A stretch of 54,640 nt of DNA, filler included, from Sphacelaria rigidula (lineage: Eukaryota): NCBI GenBank assembly GCA_964200075.2. It is 5 parts of 5 records of this genome, joined end to end, with 100 filler letters (N's around TTAATTAATTAA, not from the genome) between each part and the next. Parts side by side here need not be neighbours in the genome. Positions count along the whole stretch, not along the records: positions 32,847 to 43,693 come from CAXNAA020005803.1; positions 43,794 to 54,640 come from CAXNAA020005804.1; 3 more parts are not named here. One strand, given 5' to 3'. Of the stretch, positions 36,517-49,485 are shown in pieces. Every line of letters begins with the position of its first letter. Within the stretch, counting starts at the first letter, position 1. The translations under genes and the position numbers were made by a program. The notes beneath the pieces were generated by a model. It had not been told where the DNA came from. It did no database searches and saw nothing but the letters and a program-made list of their open reading frames with translations.

Positions 36517-37150
36517 CGAGCTTGGCCAGCCTAAAAACGGATTCAAGCTCTCAAAGCAATATCTCATCGTCACAGACGGGCTGGGCCGTGATCCGCATAT
36601 CATATTCATTGTCTAATCAAGGGGGAGGTGCCCACCTGCTCAAAGGTCTGGACCAATATTTTTTTCGTTGATTATACCCCATGTCTAGTAATTACTATAC
36701 CGTACGGAGGTAGCGTCCACATTAACATCTGTATCAAGCCCCACGGGTGGCCACTGGGGTCTGTAACCTGGCCATTTTGGGACCTTACCCACCTTTGGTA
36801 AGGTCCACGGAATGGGTAGACAACTGAAGAGCATTCGCACACCATGGACAGGATCGAAACAAAACATGTCCCAGTCTATAGGTGGGTGACTCCCCTGTAG
36901 ACTGGAACATGCTTCGTTTCGAATCTTTCCACGCTGTGCGAATGCTCTTCAGTTGCCCACCTAATCCGCAGACCTCACCAAAGGTGGATAAGATCCCAAA
37001 ATGGCCAGGTTACAGACCCCAGTGGCCACCCGTGCCCGGACGATACAGTCAGCGGATGATAACGATTCTTGGTGTGGACCTTCCCTGGGGCACGGGGAGA
37101 CGAAGTATACTCTCACCTTCACCCAATTCATAATCCATGTCGAGATATGG
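36517..37150 (+). mobile_element. Left part of a TACGAGCTGGGCCAGCCTA-family TIR element, interrupted by a foldback element
   Basis: ta|cgagcttggccagcctaaaaacggatt... is collinear with 41983-42315. Confidence 0.8.
36742..37034. mobile_element. 293-nt foldback MITE with CAC termini and a 3-bp TSD (CCC), CACTA/CMC-like
   Basis: ccc|cacgggtggccactggggtctgtaacctggccattttggga ... tcccaaaatggccaggttacagaccccagtggccacccgtg|ccc. The arms pair almost to the centre. Confidence 0.88.
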
Positions 37151-39498
37151 CTTTATGTTCTATCCTTCCATTTCATTATTTTCGATCATTTTTCTCCCTT
37201 TTTCTGATCACGACCTTGAGGATTGCAATAAACTACGTAATGCGAGATGATCATCCTGTTGTGTTGTTTGTGTTTGTGCTTGTGTATGTGTTTGTTCATT
37301 GTTGTTATGTGTTGTTATTGCTGTTGTTGCTTGTTGTTGCTCTTGTTATTGTTGTTGTTTTTGTTGCTATCACTGCTTCCTTTCTTCTTTCCTTCCTGAG
37401 GCCGTTGCTTCTGTCATTGTCTTTTGATGTTTCTTTCCTTCTTTTCACGTTTAGGACAAATAAAATCGTAATTCAACTCATGTTCATCATTTCAACGAAT
37501 TAATCATACGAGTCGTACATCATTTGTAATTTACACAGGTTTCAAGCTCTTGTGTCGTGCAGTACACCGTCAACGGTACCTGTTTCCTACCATCAGGCCA
37601 TAGGGGGTAGACCATGGACACATGTCAACCCCCTGAAGAAAAATGTGCAATGGAGCGATTGTGCACGCCACCTACACTTACCATGAGGCGTGAATGGCAT
37701 CTACATCTATGTCATGCGTATGCCTCCGTGCGGGACAAGAGTCGGCACATCGTTGAATCTTGTCATGACATGGGCCTTGCATCAGTCGTACTTTTCTCTC
37801 AATCTGTCTGTGGTAGAGATGACTGCACTGAATATGTTATTCACCGTCGGGTGCATGCGGGACCAACACCTGAATGCAGATTGACTCCTGTCATGCCATG
37901 AGAAGTAAACTCGTATACACCGTGATTTGTCCTAATCGTGCTTCTTTTGTCTCTTATTATTATGTTCTGTTTTGTTGCTCCTCACCACGGACTGGATTGT
38001 TGCAATCAGCTACTCGTGATTACAGTGGGACTGGAGTTCGGGTTGATCTCTAAAATGAGGTTTAAGTGGCATTTCGTTTTTGCAGGGATGACGCGAAACA
38101 GTTACACAGAGCGAAATCATATTTCCCCCCAAACGTCTGCGGCAGTGAAGCAGTTGTGGCTAGGTGCACCGAACGAGTGCGGTGTACACGCGCGTCGATG
38201 ACGGTATCACCAGAGAGAACTGCAACGGCAGAGAGAAAGCTCCTCGCCCGTGTACTTTGTGTGTCCTTTCTCGGCGATGACCAATCGCTCGAGAGATTGG
38301 CATCATGCATGTTACCAGCATGTACCCAATTTCTCATGTGTCGGCAGGCATGTTATCATGTTGCTGCGCACAGCCCCAGAAAAATATCGAGGTGCGGAGG
38401 GATTTGTTCTCTTCTCGTCTGTGGAGCTCACCAATGCGAAAATCGATTTCTCTCTGCCTCTCGTTTTGGACAGGACGCGTCTCTGTGCGCTGAAAAACAT
38501 GTCGTTGAAAAACAGGGCAATGTTCCCGTCACCGCTACTGTTCTCTACCACACATGCGGAGACGATTTAAAGGACTCTTGTTACACGGGGGAAAGTGACC
38601 GCTTTGGGTCCGGCCAAACGTGCGAAGATGCCGTCGAACAGCAATGCCAAACTTTGCTGGTATTGACATACAACAATCAGTACAGAACTGAACAGAAATC
38701 GGCAGTTTGACGTTCTTACTAGAAAGCAATGCGCATGAAACGGTTTGCAGGCGGGAAGCCACCCTTTCTCAGGTAACAAGAGTCTTTTAAATCATGTGGA
38801 CGTAGTTGAGAATATTGAGCTGTTTTGTTCTTGCAGCCTTTGCGAAATTCGGTGTGTGCATGTTGTTACTGTGGGTGACCTCTGTGCAGACGGCTGTCAG
38901 TACAGTAGAGCAACGGAAGCGAGCCATGATCGGGTTTGCCTGCCGTACTTCCGCCAGCGTTGCTTGAAAGCCACAAGCCCTTTGCGGTCGGCGGTTGATG
39001 GCGTGGGTGTCAAATGCAACAAGTGGTTGATTATAGCACTCTAGTTCCTCGTGGGGTCATATCTCGCCCAGCTTGTAATGCGTGACCTCTTCACATCGAA
39101 ATTAACAGGGATGTGTACGGAGGACAATCCGCTCCGCGGCGCGGATTATCACGGTGCTGTTCATCAATCCGCACCGCTCCGTGGCATTTGTAGGGGGCGG
39201 AAATCCGCACCGTGACAATCCATGATCTCTCTCACTGGCTGATATCCGCCCCGTTCCGCTCCGCACTGTGGCATTTTCGTTGGCGGATATCCGCGCCGCA
39301 ATAATCCGTGAATTTCCCGATGTACGGATATCCGCTCCGCTCCGTGATAATTTCAAAAAAAATGCTCCGCTCCGTATAGATTACAGCTGCGCGGTTGGAA
39401 CCGCGAAACACGGTTTTTTACGGTGCGGTTTTATCCACTCCGTAGGTAATCCGTGCATCCTCCGTGGCATAACTTACGGGTCGAACTGCTACAAAGAC

Positions 39499-39941
39499 AC
39501 GGATTTCCACGGATGAATTTGTTCTGAATGCCCGATAACTCAGAATTCGAAGTATAAAAATATCGTTCTGGATAAGCAATTCGCCGATACGGTTCTGAAA
39601 GTCTGCACTCCGTACTCCATCCGTGCGTTCTCCGTAGCATATCTCAGATCAAACCGCTGAAAAGCTACGGATTTCCACGGACGAAATTGTCCTGAATGCC
39701 GGATAACTTAGAATTCGAAGTATAAAAGTTATCGTTCTGTATAAGCGATTCGCTTATATGGTTCTGAAATTGTACTCCATACTTCATCCGTGCGTTCTCC
39801 GTAGCATCACTCAGACCAAATCGCTGAAAATGACCACAAAATCCCACGGATAAATTGTTCCGAATGCCGGGTAAGATGGAATTCGAAGTTCAAAAATATT
39901 GTTCTGGATAAGCACTTCGCTGATACGGTTCTGAAATTCTG
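39499..39941 (+). repeat. ~170-bp tandem repeat (~2.6 copies)
   Basis: ccacggaYRaa..tgt.c.gaatgcc...gaattcgaagt...gttctg.ataagc.attcgc recurs at ~39507, ~39674 and ~39844. Confidence 0.85.
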
Positions 39942-40009
39942 CTGTCAACATGGAAACCGTGCTTTGCACGGACACACACGCGCGCGCGCGCGTACCCGCG
40001 CACCCACCC

Positions 40010-40011
<2 letters not shown>

Positions 40012-40050
<39 letters not shown>
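40012..40050 (+). repeat. (AC)n microsatellite
   Basis: Read directly from the sequence. Confidence 0.95.
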
Positions 40051-40051
<1 letters not shown>

Positions 40052-41982
40052 GCGTGCGCCTTGAGCTGGAAGGCGTAATTCGAACTTGGCGTCAGGATCT
40101 CCCTTTTGAGTGGGAATCTACTGTGCTGCTATTGACGTCATTCTTGAGGAATGTATTCCATGCTCTTTGTTGTGGTGGATAGTCGTAGTCTTGGGTCTAG
40201 CGCTGCTGCTGTTGCGCGTCTGCCACCCCGCCCCCCGTCACCCTGTCCTGTAGGGTGACATTCAGAATTCAAATATGTACTGTTCATTATTCTCGATTGA
40301 TTATTTTTTTTTCTTCAAGGGATTCGACCATACATGTTGTGCGCTATTTAATCCGCCGTCCCCCCTGTCCAGCAGCTGCAAATCAAACCAAAACAACTAC
40401 TTTCGTACTTTTTGGTATTGATCCGCAGATATCCATACATTTTTCGCGGATAACCGTATCGGTTTCACGGATTACTGCGACGGTGCACCGCGGGGAATTG
40501 CCGCGGTTTGTTCGGATTGTTCCACGGAGGGGGGCAATCCGCTCCGTGAAAAAGTCCATGCCACGGATATCCGCTCCGCAATAATCCGTGACATTTTCAT
40601 TGGCGGATATCCGCCCCGTGAAAATCCGTGAGTTTCCCACTGACGGATATCCGCTCCGTACCATATTAAAAAAATCCGCACCGCACCGTGACATTTTCGT
40701 TGGCGGATATCCGCTCCGCAATAATCCGTGACATTTTCGTTGGCGGATATCCGCTCCGCAATAATCCGTGACATTTTCAGTGGCGGATATCCACACCGTC
40801 ATAATCCGTGATTTTCCACACATCATACAGATATCCGCTCCGCTCCGTGAGGTTTCGAAAAAATAGAAGCCGCATCACGGGGCGGATTGTCCTCCGTACA
40901 CATCCCTGGTATTTTTATCCTCGGAAGGGTCACTTTACCCTCGAGAGGATGAAAATCGCGATGGAGGATTTTGAGGGGGTAGCCGAATTGCCGCGTATGA
41001 ACAGGATCTAAATTGTGCCTACCACTGTCTGAATCACAGTATCATCGGAGTCGCGGCCATCGATGTGTATCGCTGGTCACAATGCAATCTGAATCACGGC
41101 CACCAACGATATCTATTGCTAACCACAAGTAGCTGAATGGCGTCGGTCACTAGTTATGTATGCACATTTTTCGGTGGATGTCCCCACCGTATTCCGCAGA
41201 AGCTGTGTACCAGCTATCGCCTCAGGTAGCTGCGTGTTCGTGTGCGAGGGGTATCGTCGTTGATGTCATGAGACTACTGCAGTGAGCAGTACATGTATCA
41301 AAACCCATCTTCGGCGTCATCGGCTAACGATAGGTGCTCCCGAGAACAATCGATTATGGACGGCAATGGCCATATTGATAGAAACCCCAAAATGCATTGT
41401 TGGCGGCAGAGGCTACCGATAGACGGCTCACCATTTATATTGATGACGGTAATCAGTATTGACAGATGCCTGACCTAATCTTTTGACGACGGCATTGGCT
41501 ATCGATGGATGGCTCACCAATCCTGTTGATCACGGCAATTGCTATTGATATATATATCCCAAAATCTGTTGCGGTATATGATTTTCATCGATGGCGAGTG
41601 ATCTTCATCTATTGTAATTGCCATAGGCTATCGATCGACTATTGCAACATCTATTATTCCTTGCAATACGACTATTGCAATATCTATTGTTCCTTGCAAA
41701 CGTATCAATGGATGTGTTTCACCATCTATCGTGTTAGATAGTATATATCCATAGGTTTTCTCCCGTGTCTAATGCTGACGCAATGGACTATTATTGTGTC
41801 CAGTCCAGAGTGTGCAATCTTGAAGTATAGACCACCACCCCAGACATCTCACCCGCCGTGCACAGATCGAACCATGCAAGCCCCACAGAACTTATTCCCA
41901 GCCACCACCACAACCCTGTATAGCAAAGAGCACGAGTTGCTTATAACAGGAACATATACGTACACGCTGCTGGTATTGGGTA

Positions 41983-43171
41983 CGAGCTGGGCCAGCCTAA
42001 AAACGGATTTCAGCTCTAAAAGCAATATCTCGTCGACACAGACGAGTTGGGCCGTGATCCGCATATCGTATTAATCGTCTAACCAAGGGGAAGGTGCCCA
42101 TCCGCCTGAAAGTTTGGGCCATTATTTTCTCGTTGATTAAACCCCATGTCTAGTAATTCCCATACCTAACGGAGATGGCGTCCATCCTAAAGTCTATATG
42201 AAACCCCCGATCGATGCATTCAACGGATGACGACGGTTTTTGGTGTTCTGTGGAGCAAGGGGAGACGATAGATACCCTCACCTTCACCTAATTCGTTATT
42301 TATCCCGAGATATGGCGCACATACGTTTCCATACTAAAATCAATATATTACGAGCAGAGGCACTAGATGCCCTAAATCTGAACATCGCGTCTCAGTTTTT
42401 GAGAGTTGTTCCATAAAATTTCGTGTGGTGAACCGCTAGTGCATAATAGAAGAAAATAAAAACAGCCGGTTTTCATTTTTTTTCATTTTTTTCGTGCTTC
42501 AAGTGAGTTTTGAGGAGAAATGAACATTGCTCTCAGGCCTCATCTCCATGGTTTAGCTCAATTTTTATCATTGTGATTTGAAAGTTAGCATGGAGAACCA
42601 CCAAAGTGTGCCGATTAAAAGATGAAAATGGGCCTTCGTTTTTTTTTTTTTTTCATGAAGGTTAGGGCGTTCTCGTGAAGAAATGGTCTACACCATACTA
42701 AAACGCCCTCAACCAGTGGAAAATAGGATGAAAATCAAACCAACCCACTGAGTTTTGTTAATTATGCCCTGGCGAGGGCCCACACAAGATTTCCATACAC
42801 AAACCAAACGTGGGCCGTTGAGTGGCCTGCAAAACACTGTTCCGAATTTCTACCGACCCGGTTTTTGAAAGGCGAATGCGCCGGCCAATATTCAGAGTTG
42901 GAGCGTCAAATTTGACATGGACACTGCATAGGGCATAAAAAAAAATCGGGAAGAAGCACCAGGAGATTTTTTTCTTTTTGTGAGTTGAGGGCAATGGTCA
43001 GTTTTCAACGCCCTCAACTCACGAGAAGAAAATAAAACCCTTCTGGTGCTTATTTCCGATTTTTTTCATGCCCTATGCATTGTCCATACCAAACTTGACG
43101 CTCCAACTCTGAATATTGGCCGGCGCATTCGCCTCCAAACTTCCAATCCGCCTCTAGGCTGGCCCAGCTCG
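41983..43171 (+). mobile_element. Complete 1189-nt non-autonomous Tc1/mariner-type TIR element
   Basis: TA on both sides; perfect 17-bp TIR CGAGCTGGGCCAGCCTA; no transposase ORF; internal inverted repeat 42870-42980 / 43025-43134. Confidence 0.9.
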
Positions 43172-43693
43172 TATGAGTACTTCCTATTGGACACTTGAGC
43201 ATCTTCTTCAATGGTCGGAATCGCGGCAACGGTGGACAGCCGGCTTACGTACACACTCATGGACAGTGTAGGCAGCGTTGTCCGAGTCATTTTCACGTCG
43301 AACTGTTGGCGGAAAACAGATAGTCCTGCGCTGTCTGTACTGTGCTTTGCCCGCTGCCCTTTCACATCCTGCTGAGTGTACATATTTATGCAGTTGTGAT
43401 CGAGCATGCTAGTAACGCGTGTACTGCAGTAGCTAACGGGATATAGCATCCTCATATATTCAAACTTAAAGGCATCCAAATTGTATAGCCATACGTAGCA
43501 CATGCGCCGCGCCAATTCTGCAGTACAGGGCATGCACCACACGTTCTGCACGGTATGGTGCTATCCTGCACGGTATTGTACAGTCCAGCACAGCACCATA
43601 CCGTGTTTAGTATCATATTTCTATCTATGGACTATATTCGTGAGACCCAGAACGAGTTTCAGATTCAGAGTCAGACCCGAAACAATTGACTTT

Positions 43694-43793
43694 NNNNNNN
43701 NNNNNNNNNNNNNNNNNNNNNNNNNNNNNNNNNNNNNTTAATTAATTAANNNNNNNNNNNNNNNNNNNNNNNNNNNNNNNNNNNNNNNNNNNN
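43694..43793. other. Artificial contig spacer
   Basis: N44-TTAATTAATTAA-N44. Confidence 0.99.
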
Positions 43794-46700
43794 CAGGGAA
43801 AGCAATGTTTTCGAGTTGAAACTCATTAAAATGTTGAACCTCAATAACGAATCCAGGCTGTTAGAGGATAAGCAGGGTGTGATCGGAGGATAATAAGATG
43901 CGCTTTATACTACTATTATTTGCCTGAACCAGGCTGCTGATTTGCGTTCCCTCACCTCTGAAGTGTGTGGACGATTACCCCCTCATCAGAGCGGTTTCTC
44001 ACGCTAGCGGAAGAGATTTGGCGCCTTTGCAGTAGGGTTCGAGATTGGAAAGAGTTCGAGCTAGAAGAGAGTTAGGGTCGAAGCGTTTTTGAGTGAGAGG
44101 TATCAGCGTTTTCAGGTTGAGCAAGGTTGACATTTTTACTAGGTTTGAAGGGATGAGCTCTTTTTTTTCTTGAGGACAACGTCGATTTGTAAACGAGCAC
44201 AAAGTAAGGACAATATGACAGAACATCAGAAACCGACCATGAATTCAAGAGAACAGCAACTCACAGAACAACTTAAAATAAAAGCCTCGATTCGTTTTGA
44301 GGTTCAACATTTGGGTGAGGCTCAACGGACCATCGAAATTTGATTTGTTTTGTTCAAAAGGCTCGGGATTCGCAACCGGTTTCGACCATGTAACCCTAAC
44401 CCAGAAGTTTCTGCACGACAGCGCAAGCATGATGATGAGTAGTCCAACAGAAAAACCGCCGTCATTGGTTGTGCGGCATCTTTTGAGCAGGGCCTGCGTC
44501 TAAGCGCTACGGAACACGTAACAAAGCATACTGAAAACATGCTTCTTTGGACTAGTCATCGAGTTTTCGAGCGCCTCTTGTTGAGTATCTGAGAGGGACT
44601 TCATACTGTTGCGCCGGCGACGACCGCCGTCAGTGAAACGACCCAATCCTGCGACAGACGCCAGCGATCTTTGAAATGCAGCATCATTCAGCGGTCTGCT
44701 GAGATAGACCATCACCAGAGTACCGATCACTACAGTACAGTCGTCAGTTGGATAAAATGGATGCCCCACAATAAAGCGGCAGACACACACAACGGGGGTA
44801 AGGGTTAGTCCCACGCTTGGGGTTGTTTCGCCAGTAGTGCCCATGCGAGGCGCTTCATCCAGTCTGAACCAGCTATCACGCCTTGTATGGCCACTTCCGC
44901 CGTGGCTGTGTTCAGAGCCGGTTTCGCGGTGAGGCTGTCGAAGAGTACTACTGTAGTGCAACCCGCTTGCAAAATCCGAGCCGTTTCTTGAAATTTAGAA
45001 CCCGCATCAGCTGTAGTTTGAATAGCCCTCCTGACGGTCCCAAACGGGGTCTGATCGAGCGACGGGAAGCGCTGGCACCCTCCCCCTCAGATAGGATTTG
45101 TGACAACCTCAGGGTTAGGATTAGACCCCAGGGGAAGTCCTGAAATCACGGATGGTTTTCTTGGAAAGCAGTCGTTCATTGTCACGGGTATAAAGCGTTC
45201 AAGCAAGAAAATTTCGATTTTGAACAGGGAAAGATGTACTACGATACCCCTGAATACTATTTTAGGTGTTTCATTCCGAGCAATGTTCCCCGAATACCCC
45301 CACAACTGACGAATTGAATGAGATGAAGTTTATGAACAGCGCACCAGCGATGCCTACCACTACAGCATCGCAAGCACCCCCAGTATCCGATTTCCGGACC
45401 GCTCCGTTCCACAACCCTTATTCCCACCGTATTCGCAGCAATGAAAGCACACCACCTTGGGATGAAAAAGCTGCAACATCCACGAATGGTAAGGGCAGAT
45501 TTGACGTATTCTTAATCCAGATGCGTGCGTATTTCAAGGACGAAGAGTGCTACGACGCGTTGGAAACCACTAATCCCATCGGAGTACATCGTGAAAACGA
45601 TGATCATCTGAGAGCACATCCCGGTAACGTAGCTGTGGGTAAAGCTAAAAATGCCATGAAGATCATCCTCGATAAGGTCACCTATCCCCCCCTATTAAGG
45701 CAAGTCGATATGCTTGCGAACACAAGCCAAGCATGAGATTACATAGTCAAGTACTTCAGCACTCCACCAGCCACGGAAAAAGCCAAGTTGGAGTACGAAT
45801 GACAAACGATGCAGATGGCTGACGGAGAATTGCCGGTGAATTTTATCTCGCAGGCAGAGTTTATTCGCACGAAGCGCGCAGAATTCAATGTTGCTCTCTC
45901 GGTGCCTTTCGTCAGAATACGAGCACGAGCGTAGGACTTCATTGGCACAACGTGAGATTAGGACAGAGGACATGAACCACTAACTAGAGAACGCTTATGC
46001 TGAATTACAGTTGTCAAAAGAGAGGGAAAAGACAACCTTGAACCATGCACTTTCCGCTACTAGTACTAACGGTAGAGGGGGTCATGGTTCACCAGGCAGA
46101 CGGCAGAACGGGGGGGGGAGACGACCCCATAATTCCCAACAACAATACAACCACCACAACCCATCCCAGTTCCGCTCCAATTCCACACATCAATCCAACT
46201 CCGTTCACACCGCACCAATTCTACACAGCAATCCAGTTTCCACTTCAATGATGGTCATGATGATCGAGGGGGGCGGTATTCCCCGAGACAACAGCAGCAA
46301 TGGCGACCACAAAGTCCGTCGAATCGGTCGAGACCGGGCCGTGGTATGGTACACTGATCAAATCAACGAGCCTACCAGATTCGTTGTCCATTTAACTGCC
46401 CTAACTGCACTCCTCGCCAGCACTTCATCCGCCAACCAACGAACACATACCCAGATAACCACCGCTATTCAGGTAATCAGGGCTCAACCCACCACCAACA
46501 CCTGTAACATCAACACCAATCAAACCACACATCATCATCATCCCACGGCCCACATCCATAACACCATGTCAACAGCCATCCACCTCACGCCAATACCATT
46601 CAGCAGACCGATACCGCCCAGCAGCATTATGAGAGCATTGATTGGTAGCCTTGACTATGAGGACAATGCTTTCAAGGATGCCGGGTTTGCCCACACCGTA

Positions 46701-47599
46701 CAGTATCATACCCCTCAACATCAGCTGCAACCACAACCTACCCCCAACACCGAACATCTCCCCTGCTACACATCACCCCCATTATCCTATGACCAACCAC
46801 CACCTAACCGAGCAACAGACAACTGTTTGTGTCATTTTTCAGCTGCATCACCACCGACATATCACCCATCACCAACTCCATCGCCCGATCAATTCCAAAA
46901 CGATCCCTCCTCCGATGCACAACCACTGCCATACTGTTCACTCTATCACAACGAGTGATCCGATCCACATTCCCATCCGGTAACCCCCCATCCAACGTCC
47001 ACTGCCGAGCTGCCGCATACTGATAACCCTGGTGGTAATATGTACATCATGGCGCTTTCTTTCTCCCCAGCAAAGTCAGTTTTCAGTTTGGGTCATTTCG
47101 ATGTGGAGGATAGGATGTTGCATTAGACGACATCTCCGCCTGTTTCTGATTCAGAGCTATGGGTTGCAGACTCGGTTGCGTCGCACCACACCACAGGCAG
47201 CATGACCGACGTTTTCGATACTCGTCCTCGCCCAGTGGGGAAATAAAATGTTGTTCTAGAGAATGATAGGGTGCTACCAGTCAAGGCAGTCGGGAGTCTC
47301 AAGTTAAGATTCTATCAGTCATGTGACGACAACTCCCCAGTTCCTGAAGAGACTGGTGTACTGCTCACGGACGTGTGTGTATTGGGAGGGATCCAGTTCC
47401 ATCTGTTCTCCCTCCACCGGGCGCAAAAGAGCCAACGAGTAATCTGCGATGAAAAAGGTGTACACCTGTCCGACGGCAAGCTACGTTTCGACTACAATGA
47501 GCGTTCCTCATCACAACTTGCCACACGTCTGCCATCGACCTACGGACAGATTCCATTAGTCACTCCTGTTGTCGCCACTGAGAGTGATACTGCATCTAT

Positions 47600-47998
47600 C
47601 CCACAGCGAGCAAATATCAGTACGATTCCCCCAGACTCTGCTTCCATTCCACAGAGAGTGAGTGCCATTGTTCCTCCGGATTTAGTTTCCGCTCCACAGC
47701 GAGTGAGTGTCAGTAAGATTCCCCTAGATTCTGCTTCTGCTCCATAGCGAGCTAGTGTCAGTAAGATTCCCCCAGATTCTGCTTCTGTTTCACAACGAGT
47801 TGGTGTCAGTAAGATTCCCCCCGATTTTGCTCCTGCTCCGCAGCGAGCTAGTGTCAGCAAGATTACCTCTGATACTGCTTCTTTTCCACAGCGAACAAAT
47901 GTCACTGAGTTTCCCCTGGCTTCGGATTCCATTCCACAGCGAGCGAGTATCAGTAAGATCCCCCCGAATTCTGCCTCTACTCCACAGCCTGTGAGTGT
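47600..47998 (+). repeat. 48-nt coding minisatellite (~8 copies, PQRxSVSKIPPDSASx) after the protease
   Basis: Unit ccacagcgagYKagtgtcagtaagattcccccagattctgcttctgct repeated in frame. Confidence 0.9.
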
Positions 47999-49485
47999 TG
48001 ACAAAAACTTCCGCAAATATTGTCGTACTCGGTTTTCGAATTTTGGGGATTTGAGTGACGGGGAAAGAAGAACAACGCACTGCCACCCAACCGACGACCC
48101 TCCACGGACAGCCAATCACAATGACAAATGAAGATCACCAACAGCGTCGCGAGGACGGCGACTCGTCAGCTATTTCCCACAGCGGCGTCGCTCGACGGCG
48201 GGGGGGTGGGGGAAGCAACATTGATCGCGTCGCCAACGCCGCCAACATACCGACACTACCGTCACATTTCCCCGTTGCTGTACCACCGTGGTTACCACCT
48301 ACTACTACAGCTACACTTTTTTACTTCAGCTTCAGTAGTCCCGCGATTGATTCCCGCTTCAACAGTCGCGCGGTCGATTTCCGCTCCAACAGTCCCGTGG
48401 TTGCACCACACGCAACAACCTTCTTCATTCCCAGTTCCTTTATCATCGCCGACAACACCACGCCGCTACCACCTACAATGCCAACAACATCGCCAGCAGC
48501 ATAACAACAACCGCTGCCGCTGCCGCTACCACCGACTCCGTCGGCGAACATATTTTCACGCATGGCGCGGTGCCGGCCAAATTCAGCGGGGGGGCGCGTA
48601 GGGATCCCCATGTGATCGAGTACGGACAGCCAAGGAAGCAGGGAGGGCAGTAGAATGGCATGGAAATACGGAGAAGTAAATTGATTGGAATGGAGCACGG
48701 CGATAAATTCGAGGCTTTTAACTAGAGTAGGGTGCAAAACCCGGAGATAGATGTTGACAGCTCCAGCTTATCAGCAGGTTTATACTCTGCATGATTTTTA
48801 TTCAAGGTTTTACACCTATCGGTTATGAATGAGGATGCATGTATGGGACTACTGCCTGGCAGTGGCGACTTATTTGGTGAGACATCAGACTTGCAGTAGT
48901 TGATAATTGGCGTGCTTCACTGGGCATTTTCGGATTTGTTGAGTATCATTTTGCGTAGCAAAACTGGTGTGGGTCTAGAATGTTTGAACATTCAGACTCA
49001 ATACTTTTATTTACGTGTAAATCTAGGCCAGACCCTCTCGAACTGTATCGTATGTTTGATCGTAGTTCATTCAGATCGAGTTTGATCGTGTAACACTCAG
49101 ATTCTAGTATCACTCAGATGACAATGTAGCTTGATTTATATCTTCGTCTGCGTTTAGTTTTTGGAGTGGATGCACATATTTGCAAAGAAGCGCGATAGCT
49201 ACGAAAGTCAGGGGATCGGATGATTTGATGATGTAAGCCCAATTTTGGATTGAGATTTATGTGTGGAAAACATTCCCGCGAAGGGGAGAGTGATATAGGT
49301 TTAGGGGGGCGTAGAATGCAGGAATTGCTATCTTCTGGGCAAATCGAGCTTTTTATATGTTATATTGGTGGAGTTTGAGCATGGCTGAAAACTCTTTTAT
49401 TTTTGTGTCAGGTTGTTACTTTTGCTTTCCAGTTTTCACCGGTAGAGATCTTCAGGTCGCGACTGAGCCGTGAACGCAGGGGGGC

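Larger units (their letters stand above)
39106..40908. mobile_element. hAT-like non-autonomous element(s) with 27-bp TIR and 40-bp subterminal repeats; probably two partial copies rather than one element
   Basis: cagggatgtgtacggaggacaatccgc at 39106 and its exact reverse complement ending at 40908. 40-nt units carry the palindrome GCGGATATCCGC. There is no 8-bp TSD, and 39260-39365 repeats directly at 40700-40865. Confidence 0.7.

Noticed and set aside
37069..37503. Hydrophobic 144-aa membrane protein
   Set aside because: It is the translation of a (GTT)/T-rich low-complexity tract plus a TE fragment.
43960..44001. Hammerhead ribozyme (CTGATGA and GAAA on the minus strand of the LTR; CTGATGA also at 7745)
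   Set aside because: The core motifs lack the required order, spacing and stems.
43985..44015. ATCAGAGC as a tRNA-iMet primer-binding site
   Set aside because: It lacks the TGG start and lies inside the segment shared by both LTRs; the match is too short to trust.
46011..46958. 315-aa ORF as a host gene
   Set aside because: It is the low-complexity, frameshifted gag C-terminal region of the LTR element.
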